Assembly (NCBI GenBank): GCA_964360585.1
Contig: CAYHXC010000001.1
Location: forward strand, 87,907 to 141,204
DNA from: an uncultured Candidatus Saccharibacteria bacterium
GTDB taxonomy: Bacteria > Patescibacteriota > Minisyncoccia > UBA6257 > 2-01-FULL-56-20
Length of the DNA stretch: 53,298 nucleotides
Reading direction: 5' to 3'
The notes beneath the pieces are model-generated. The model was given only the letters and a program-made list of their open reading frames with translations, was not told where the DNA came from and ran no database searches. Positions within the stretch are counted from its first letter, which is position 1. Every line of letters starts with the position of its first letter. Shown here one piece after another: positions 46,368-53,298 of this stretch. The translations under genes and the position numbers were made by a program.

Positions 46368-47648
46368 TTATGCCTGTCGTTGAGGACGCGGCGAGGGATA
46401 CGGCGAAGGACGACGTCCGCGAGAACTGCTTCTGTTTCCTTGAAATCGAGACTGGCCATACGGACGACTGGCCTGTGGGCGGGATGAAGGAAAACGCGGA
46501 CGAAATTCGCGCGTCGGTAATGGCGTGGCGCGATGGGGCGGCAACTCTGGGAGTCTCGTGGGCGGCAAGGTTACTCGAATTAGTCGTTCGATATCTCGGA
46601 TATCGCTTTTTTGATCCGGCGTGGCAAATGACACGGCGTGTCCGGCGGCGCCGGCTCGAGCTGTTCGGCCGATACGATGGACATAATCGTCGGGACTCGA
46701 TGGCAGGTCGTAGTTCACCACCAGTTCAATTCCTTTGACATCAATTCCCCGCGCGGCGATATCGGTGGCCACAAGAATCCGATACCGGCCATTCCGAAAA
46801 CCATCGAGTGCTTCTCGTCGCTGATTCAATGATTTATTGGAGTGGAGTTCAGTCGTCGTGTGGCCCAGCACGCGAACACCGGCAGAGATCCGTTTGGCGC
46901 CAAATTTTGTCCGCGAGAAAACGAGAACCGAACCCCGATACTCCGAAAGAAGTTTTTCCAGCAATCGCGGTTTGTCCTGTTTGGCCAGAAAGAAAACTTC
47001 CTGCGTCACTTTGGCGCTGGCGGTGCCCGGCGGCGCAATCTCGATCCGAATCGGTAGCTTCATATATGAATGAGCGAGTTGGACAATCGCGTCCGGCATG
47101 GTCGCGGAAAAAAGCATTGTCTGGCGTTCTTTGGGAACAGTCATGAGGAGTCGCTTCAGCTGCGGCGCGAATCCCATATCGAGCATCCGGTCAGCTTCGT
47201 CCAAAACTAAAATTCCCACCTGACTTAAGGAAAGTGTTTTCTGTTCTAAATGATCGATCATCCGGCCTGGCGTTCCAATAATAATTACAGGATTGCTCCG
47301 GAGTTGGGACAGCTGGCGCGACATCGACTCGCCGCCAACCAAAAGCACCGTGCGAATGCCGAGCGGCGCGCCGATTTTGTGAAATGTTTCCTTAACCTGT
47401 AGCGCCAGTTCGCGCGTCGGCAAAACCACTAATCCCCGCTTGCCGCGAAGCGCCGCTTGAATCATCGGAATACCGAAAGCCAGGGTTTTCCCTGTTCCCG
47501 TCTGGGCCAGACCCATTAAATCCTTTCCTTCCACCGCCTGCGGAATGGATTTCTGCTGAATCGGGGTCGGTGTTGTAAAATTCAACTTATCAAGAATCGC
47601 CAGGATATTTGGCGCAATGCCAAGGCCATAGAAGTTCGGATCAGACAT
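46368..47648 (-). CDS. rhlE: DEAD-box RNA helicase (RhlE-like)
   Basis: Q motif, AQTGTGKT, PTRELA, TPGR, DEAD, SAT, ARGID and HRIGRTAR motifs; Arg/Ser/Pro-rich tail. Confidence 0.9.
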   Translation of the reverse strand: MSDPNFYGLGIAPNILAILDKLNFTTPTPIQQKSIPQAVEGKDLMGLAQTGTGKTLAFGIPMIQAALRGKRGLVVLPTRELALQVKETFHKIGAPLGIRTVLLVGGESMSRQLSQLRSNPVIIIGTPGRMIDHLEQKTLSLSQVGILVLDEADRMLDMGFAPQLKRLLMTVPKERQTMLFSATMPDAIVQLAHSYMKLPIRIEIAPPGTASAKVTQEVFFLAKQDKPRLLEKLLSEYRGSVLVFSRTKFGAKRISAGVRVLGHTTTELHSNKSLNQRREALDGFRNGRYRILVATDIAARGIDVKGIELVVNYDLPSSPDDYVHRIGRTARAGAAGHAVSFATPDQKSDIRDIERLIRVTLPPTRLPELPPHRATPLPTREFRPRFPSSRPQASRPYGQSRFQGNRSSSRGRRPSPYPSPRPQRQA

Positions 47649-47709
47649 AGTGCCTAGACTATACTACACCTTTACCGCCTTTAATAGAGCTGACGGAAGA
47701 TTATGTTGA

Positions 47710-47966
47710 CTAAGTTGCATCCCAACTCCGCATCGTATCTATCTCCCAAGATTGCGACGTTATGATCTGGTCGGCCAGATTTTTCATTTCTTCTTGGTCG
47801 GTTGTCGCTCCAAGCATTTGCGCCATCATGTTCCCCGTTCGTAAGCCGCTATTCCGATAAAAACCTTTCATCATCGAACCACCTCCCCATCCTTCCAAGA
47901 GAAGCGGCGCGATAAGAATGCCGATGGTTACACCGCCAAACCAATAATAATGTTTTCTTTTTTCAT
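47710..47966 (-). pseudogene. DUF305 (CopM-like) pseudogene with a frameshift and a large internal deletion
   Basis: MKKENII, then a frameshift, then GGVTIGILIAP..GWG..MM.GFYR fused directly to MMAQML..EMK.LADQII.SQS.EID.MRSW; matches both ends of 9887-10489. Confidence 0.85.
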
Positions 47967-47970
47967 ATTG

Positions 47971-48351
47971 TTATCTAAACCATCCCTTTATGGTTTTTGG
48001 CCACCCGATCAAGAAGAGTAAGGCAAGCGGCGCGCCCCAATTAGCCGAACGCTCGACGAAATCCCAGATCGGCATACCGACGATCGGACGGATAAGCGCC
48101 GTCCAAAATCCCCAAAACGTCATCCAGAGAAGGACTGCTCGCACAGGTCGGATAAGGATGAGGATGGCAAGAAGAATATCCAACAATCCGACAAAAAATA
48201 AAATCTGGGCGGCCACTGTCGTGTCACTAACACCGAATGTACTAAACCATCCGATCCAATCTTTTTTTCCTTGCAAGGCAAAGACTCCGTGACCAATGAA
48301 CTCGCCAGCGACCGCAATCCGCAAAATCCATTCTGCTGTTTTATTATTCAT
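47971..48351 (-). CDS. DoxX-like membrane protein
   Basis: WILRIAVA.EFIGHG, three to four TM segments, WDFVER.ANWGAPLAL. Confidence 0.7.
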   Translation of the reverse strand: MNNKTAEWILRIAVAGEFIGHGVFALQGKKDWIGWFSTFGVSDTTVAAQILFFVGLLDILLAILILIRPVRAVLLWMTFWGFWTALIRPIVGMPIWDFVERSANWGAPLALLFLIGWPKTIKGWFR

Positions 48352-48612
48352 GTTTTAAAAAATTAATTTTGTTAGGCAATGAATCGACCTGAGTATCTCC
48401 TCCTATGAGAAGATCCCTGTACATTGCTCTTTCTTACATTATACCTCATCGCCCATCCAGCACATTAAGTATTTTACTGGTGAAATTAAAAACTCCGAAG
48501 TTTTGATCTTCGGAGTCAGTTGACTAGAACCTCCTCTCCCCAGCCGGCTCCTTCTTTGTTTATGAAATTTCTCTGTTTTTGAGATGGGTTCTGGTGTAGT
48601 AGAATAAGGGGG

Positions 48613-49212
48613 ATGAGTAAAAACCTCGCCATCTCCATTCTGGTTGCCATTGTTGTCGGCTTAGGAGCCTACTTTTTCTTCGGCCAGCCGATGTTGTTTA
48701 CTATTCAGTCTCCAATAGTTATTTCACGCGAAGAAATTACGCCAAAACCATTTGATCCTTTGAATGCTACATACTCGATCGACGAAGAAGCATTCACACT
48801 TACGAATGGAAAATCGGAAACGGAACTGGTGCCAGGGTCGGCCATAAAAGACGAAATCGAGACTTTTGGTAAAGCGATACTTGGTGATCTTGATCGCGAT
48901 GGAAAAGATGATGCTGCAATTCTCTTCATGGAAAACTCCGGCGGAACGGGGATATTTTATTATGTGGCTGCGGCTTTGCGTACGAGCAAAGGAGCTCTCG
49001 GCACCAATGCCATTTTCCTCGGCGACCGTATTGCACCGCAAACGTTGGAGATACGAAATAACATCATTATCGTGAACTACGCTGATCGCAAAGAAAACGA
49101 ACCGATGGCTGCCCAACCTTCAGTTGGCGTAACAAAATATTTTGTGGTCTCCCAGAATATTCTCCGCGAAACAGAAAATATTCCTCAGCCGAACGAAACA
49201 GCTGATCAGTAA
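48613..49212 (+). CDS. Membrane-anchored conserved hypothetical protein
   Basis: N-terminal TM; DP.NATY.I, GDLDRDG.DD and SGGTGIFYYV..LGDRIAPQ motifs. Confidence 0.75.
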   Translation: MSKNLAISILVAIVVGLGAYFFFGQPMLFTIQSPIVISREEITPKPFDPLNATYSIDEEAFTLTNGKSETELVPGSAIKDEIETFGKAILGDLDRDGKDDAAILFMENSGGTGIFYYVAAALRTSKGALGTNAIFLGDRIAPQTLEIRNNIIIVNYADRKENEPMAAQPSVGVTKYFVVSQNILRETENIPQPNETADQ

Positions 49213-49241
49213 CCCAAACCACCCGTCATGCCTTCAGTTTC

Positions 49242-51302
49242 GTGGAGTCTCGAAAAACAGTTGGTTTCGCCCCCGCACCTCAAAAAATTCAACCAAGTCT
49301 TTCTTCTCGTATGAATACCCCTTTCGATTCTTTTCCCAAATTGAAAAGTACGCATACGGTGAGGGGTTTCACACTGGTTGAACTTTTAATACTCATAGCC
49401 CTTATTGCGACTTTAAGTGTTGTTGTTCTTCTGATTCTAAATCCCGCCGAGCAATTCAAAGCCGCCCGCGATTCACGACGACTCAGTGATCTGAATACTG
49501 TAAACCGGGCCTTGAGTATTGTTGAAGCCGTAACCCAAAACCCCTCGCCCGGAAGTTCAAGCATTGTGTACGTCTCGCTTCCTGATTCTGATTCTCTCTG
49601 CGGTAGCTATGTCTTGCCGAGTTTACAAATTGGCTGGATGTACCACTGTTCCCCGTCTTCAACCTACCACGCGGCTGATGGTTCGGGCTGGATCCCGGGT
49701 AATTTTTCGGCGACAGCAAACCAGGCGCTCGCCACCCTTCCCGTTGATCCAGTAAATATGGCGACTGGATCGCTTTACTACACCTACGTTCGCGGCGGCA
49801 GTTGGGAACTTTCCGCCACGATGGAATCGAATAAATATAAAAATCTCACGACTTCGGATAACGGCGATGACTCGACTGTTTTTGAAGCTGGCACGGATCT
49901 TTCCTTGACCCCGCTTCGCGTTACCAGTTCGATCGCCACCCGCAACTGGCGCTACTGGCCGTTTAGCCAGACTTCTCCCTGGAACTATCCGATCGGAAGC
50001 GGCGCAACCTACGCCACAGTTCCTGGACTGTCATTACTGCCGACTACATTTAACACCGGCGGTCGATGGACGGCTTCGATTATTATCGCGACTACAACCG
50101 ATCCCCTCACAACTCTGTACTACACGCCGGGCAGTGGACCGTCATCAACGTTCGCTTTTTTGGCAGGCGGCGGCGCGAACTGCGGCAACAGCGGTGGAAC
50201 GGAAACGACAATCATGACCTGGACTTCGACTGGTCTCCCTGCTGACGGCAATTATTACTCCACCCTCTCCACACCAGACGACACGCAGTGGATTCTTCCC
50301 ACGAGTTATCACAAGTCCTACGAAGATTACGTTCACCAAATGAAAATGCCTTCGAGCGCCTGCCCTTCGCCGGACTCCGATGGCCTGATGACCGTGATTC
50401 AACCTGACGGCTGGGCCGTTGATACGTATGCAACGATTGTTCTCTCCGGTAATCGCGTGGTCGCAACTATGGGCAGTTACATTGACACACGCGGCTCGGG
50501 CATCGGCTGGTGGAATGGCCGCCGCGCCAGTATGTTCCCATCGTTCGCCGGCATTATCCGCACCGGCGAAATTGCGAACGGTCTCATTCCCCACGCGCTT
50601 ATCGCCCAAATGCCCCCATCGATTTTAACCGAGCAAGCAATCTGGCCGGCGTACACGTTTGATCGAACCTCTGGTTACACTGGAACTTTGCCAATGGGCG
50701 CGCTTCTCGCCATTCCTTCTTCAACCGATATCAATACACTCGGCCTCACCACTCAAGGAAAAGTGGTGGCCAAAGCGGCGCAGGACTACGGTGTCTACGC
50801 CGGCGATCGCGGCGGGAGCGGCATCGCGATTCTCATGGAGTACGGCAATCCTGATATCTGGCCGAACTCGTATCTGGATCTTCAAAAAATTCGCGATGTG
50901 CTTCGTTGGGTGACGAACAATGATTCGACCAATCGTGGCGGGGGCGGTACACCGCTCGCTTCGTTCCCCCCGCCGTTTTACGATGGTTCGACTGCGTCAA
51001 TATCGCCAACACCGGACTCAACCGCGCCAACTGTTCCAACCAATCTTACCGCCACCACTCCCGCCTGCAATCAAGTGAAGCTTGACTGGAACCCCTCAAT
51101 CGATAGCGGTATCTCCGGACTAAAAGGCTACACAATTTACAAAAATGATGTTTTCTTGAAAAAAATCAGTGCTCCCGAACTCACGACGATCGCCGGCGGT
51201 CTCATCAAAAACTATCCGTACATTTTCGGCGTCTCTGCGATTGATAACGCCAATAACATTTCAGCCACCACAACCGCAAACATCACCACGCTTGATTGTT
51301 AA
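49242..51302 (+). CDS. Orphan type IV pilin fused to a ~340-aa domain of unknown function and a C-terminal FN3 domain
   Basis: VRG|FTLVELLI...LNPAEQ...ARDSRRLSDL; PFS..SPWN.PIG, G.IPHAL, WPA and AAQDYG.Y..DRG motifs; APT.PTNL.A FN3. Alternative start at ATG 49311. Confidence 0.85.
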   Translation: MESRKTVGFAPAPQKIQPSLSSRMNTPFDSFPKLKSTHTVRGFTLVELLILIALIATLSVVVLLILNPAEQFKAARDSRRLSDLNTVNRALSIVEAVTQNPSPGSSSIVYVSLPDSDSLCGSYVLPSLQIGWMYHCSPSSTYHAADGSGWIPGNFSATANQALATLPVDPVNMATGSLYYTYVRGGSWELSATMESNKYKNLTTSDNGDDSTVFEAGTDLSLTPLRVTSSIATRNWRYWPFSQTSPWNYPIGSGATYATVPGLSLLPTTFNTGGRWTASIIIATTTDPLTTLYYTPGSGPSSTFAFLAGGGANCGNSGGTETTIMTWTSTGLPADGNYYSTLSTPDDTQWILPTSYHKSYEDYVHQMKMPSSACPSPDSDGLMTVIQPDGWAVDTYATIVLSGNRVVATMGSYIDTRGSGIGWWNGRRASMFPSFAGIIRTGEIANGLIPHALIAQMPPSILTEQAIWPAYTFDRTSGYTGTLPMGALLAIPSSTDINTLGLTTQGKVVAKAAQDYGVYAGDRGGSGIAILMEYGNPDIWPNSYLDLQKIRDVLRWVTNNDSTNRGGGGTPLASFPPPFYDGSTASISPTPDSTAPTVPTNLTATTPACNQVKLDWNPSIDSGISGLKGYTIYKNDVFLKKISAPELTTIAGGLIKNYPYIFGVSAIDNANNISATTTANITTLDC
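49269..49368. mobile_element. ~100-bp TIR element (family A) at the prepilin cleavage site, copy 2
   Basis: GGTTTC is duplicated 102 bp apart (49263 and 49365); homologous to 30881-30979. Confidence 0.8.
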
Positions 51303-51308
51303 AAATAA

Positions 51309-51441
51309 ATCCACCCACCTCATGAGAAACCAATCGCAACGGTGATTGAGACTCCGGGCAGAACTATTTTACTTTTTATAAACTTTGGTGGAAAAAATTG
51401 TTTAGTTTTTCTAGAATTCATTTCTCATGAGGTGTTGGGAT
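51309..51441. repeat. 133-bp element with 18/21-bp TIR sharing the CACCTCA/TGAGGTG core of family A
   Basis: ATCCACCCACCTCATGAGAAA ... TTTCTCATGAGGTGTTGGGAT. Confidence 0.65.
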
Positions 51442-51476
51442 AAAAAAGTCCGAGAGCTTTAATGCTCTTCGGACTT
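51442..51476 (-). terminator. Rho-independent terminator
   Basis: AAGTCCGA-GAGC/GCTC-TCGGACTT stem with an A-tract on the + side. Confidence 0.65.
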
Positions 51477-51693
51477 ACGAAATATCTGAACCGTCATTGG
51501 CCACGACTTTTTTTGACTCTCCGGTCTGGATCGGGTTTTCCCGGTCCCAGGCCAGACCGAAAAAGAATGTAACGATTCCTAACATCACTCCAGCGGTAAG
51601 AAATGTGTAGTTCAGTCCGGACTCTTGCCGGGACATACCGAACACAACACCACAGGCGGCCGCTAGGAACAAACCCACAATTATCTTCAACAT
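51475..51693 (-). CDS. Small two-TM membrane protein
   Basis: 72 aa; AGAGGAG SD 7 nt upstream. Confidence 0.65.
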   Translation of the reverse strand: MLKIIVGLFLAAACGVVFGMSRQESGLNYTFLTAGVMLGIVTFFFGLAWDRENPIQTGESKKVVANDGSDIS

Positions 51694-51844
51694 ACGTCAT
51701 CTCCTCTCTGTCTTGATTTATAGATTTTGATACTTATGAAGTCAAGAACGTTAGGAAAATATTAAAAAAGAAAAAACCCGGAACAGCATGTGCCATTCCG
51801 GGCGTTGAGAGAAATCTTGTTGAGGACTCTCTCGGTATCCTCTA

Positions 51845-53083
51845 CTACTGGTTCTGACGCCCTGGAACAATACCTGGAACCGGGACTGCGGCGTTCTTAG
51901 GACTGACAACTGCCGCACCCACGAGAGCATTCAGCATGTCCGGCGGCATGAGGAGCGTACTCGGAAGCCGTTTAGCCATGCCGGTAGCCAGACCTGTTTT
52001 GACCTGAATGTCCGCCAAAGCCTGGAGGGTGTGAATATGCGGCTCGAGGATGCTGGCCACATAGCGGCTGTCGAGAGCATCTTGAACTTTGTCGCTGAAG
52101 TGGAACGTGTCCCCCCAACCGAAAAAGCTCATGGTGATGCCGACTTCCTTGAACCGTTTCTCGATGTTCTTCTCCACGTTGTCGATGATTTGGCCGGCTT
52201 CCTTATTGACATCCTCGAAGAGTCGCTTGGTTGTTTCGGCACAGATCGCTGCCTGAGTCTCGGTGAAACCGAAGGTATCCATCACGTCGGATAGGGTTCG
52301 TGCATGAAAAACCGAAGTGAAAATGACTTCCGGCACTGTCCGATCACCTTCCGGAGGAATGATGCCGAAGTTGTAGAGATAATTCGGCGAATCATCTTCG
52401 TGGACCGTTACGCCGAGGGCGATGCCGACCTTGATGTCGAGTCCGTCCATTGATTGACAGTGGATTGACTGGTCGCTTTCGGACGTGCCGCGACCACCTT
52501 GGGCATCTACCCAGTGCCTGCTGTAGGGTGCACGATCAACGATGATCAGACGTCCGGATGGCACGAAGTAGTTCCGCCACACACTCGAGTTACTGAGCTG
52601 AGTGTGTGGAATACTGAAACGCTTGGCGGGAATCTTGTTCTCCGCCAAATACTCCTTGGAACCGAATTTGACTTGACTGTCCTTGTTAGCACCGACATCC
52701 GGGATGAAGAAGGCACTCTCGTTCGGGAGGATGAAGTAGGTTTCAGCGTAGTCGGTCTGCGCATAATAGGCCCGGACCGGCACTGCTCCGAGAAGAACAA
52801 TGCCAATCATTGCTGCGCTGGTGAGCGCTGTCCATCCTTGCTTCACGTACTTCCACCAGATGATTGCGAGGACGACGACGAAGAGGATGGCTGGCAATCC
52901 CTCTCCCGTGAAGAACTGGGCGAACCGCGAAATACCGTAGGAAACGTTCGAGTTGTCGAACTGCTTTCCGGCAAGCTCGGCGCTCACGATGGTAGATCCG
53001 GCATTCAGAAGGACGTTCATCACACGCCATCCGATGACCGCGAGAAAGGTCGCGATTACCCGCAGAATGATACTGCGCTTCAT
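51845..53083 (-). CDS. Membrane protein with an SPFH/band-7-like domain
   Basis: Three N-terminal TM segments, then S.DG....VG......V...D...YLY.F, L..VMD and F...GIT...G pattern; GGAG SD. Confidence 0.6.
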   Translation of the reverse strand: MKRSIILRVIATFLAVIGWRVMNVLLNAGSTIVSAELAGKQFDNSNVSYGISRFAQFFTGEGLPAILFVVVLAIIWWKYVKQGWTALTSAAMIGIVLLGAVPVRAYYAQTDYAETYFILPNESAFFIPDVGANKDSQVKFGSKEYLAENKIPAKRFSIPHTQLSNSSVWRNYFVPSGRLIIVDRAPYSRHWVDAQGGRGTSESDQSIHCQSMDGLDIKVGIALGVTVHEDDSPNYLYNFGIIPPEGDRTVPEVIFTSVFHARTLSDVMDTFGFTETQAAICAETTKRLFEDVNKEAGQIIDNVEKNIEKRFKEVGITMSFFGWGDTFHFSDKVQDALDSRYVASILEPHIHTLQALADIQVKTGLATGMAKRLPSTLLMPPDMLNALVGAAVVSPKNAAVPVPGIVPGRQNQ

Positions 53084-53298
53084 TATCTTATCTCCCTTCT
53101 TTAAGACAATTCCGAAAAACTTACATCGGAAACTTGAGTTGTGTCTTGATAAACTGTTGCCCTTCCTTACTCAGGATCAGGGTGTCTCAAGACGGTACTA
53201 GGGCAGGATTATAGGACATAGAGTTGATTTTGTCAAGTATTACTGTACAATCTCGGCGCGTTAGTACGTTTTTGGACACAAAGAAAGACTCGGTTCGG

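Noticed and set aside
52499-53104. 201-aa plus-strand ORF, and the many other antisense ORFs in the track
   Set aside because: Shadow ORFs of well-supported genes on the opposite strand, with no motifs.

Overview
53.3 kb of a small-genome bacterium, very probably Patescibacteria/CPR (Parcubacteria-like). This is inferred from gene content, CPR-type surface proteins, pervasive leaderless genes and REP-like palindromes; the genetic code is standard (TGA = stop). Content in order: a 5'-truncated Fur-family gene plus YibE/F; a minus-strand block (DUF389, FN3/peptidoglycan-binding surface protein, an unannotated 58-aa membrane protein, YdcF/DUF218) bracketed by an imperfect ~120-bp direct repeat; a CsoR-controlled copper operon (csoR, copB, DUF305, DUF411, two Cys-motif membrane proteins, methyltransferase); a cell-envelope module (PBP1C convergent on a thioester alpha-2-macroglobulin, an apparently dead plus an active M14 peptidase, and an M15B peptidase); a type IV pilus locus (PilB, PilC, four minor and two major pilins); a mostly co-oriented array of unrelated accessory genes (Pif1 helicase, SET protein, ITPase, HAD, RelE-type TA, methyltransferase, S41 protease) punctuated by a repeated promoter-like motif; a DEAD-box helicase; a DUF305 pseudogene; an orphan giant pilin fusion; and an SPFH-like protein. 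No rRNA, tRNA, CRISPR array, transposase or integrase was recognised. The most novel-looking signals are non-coding. (1) A ~100-bp terminal-inverted-repeat element sits at the Gly|Phe prepilin-peptidase site of two unrelated pilin genes, regenerates that site and supplies a new start and leader. (2) A 180-285-bp element occurs in two copies with extensive compensatory base-pair covariation and a possible pseudoknot. (3) There are nested and in-frame palindromic insertions and several cassettes bounded by direct repeats. All alignments were made by eye; no database searches were run.
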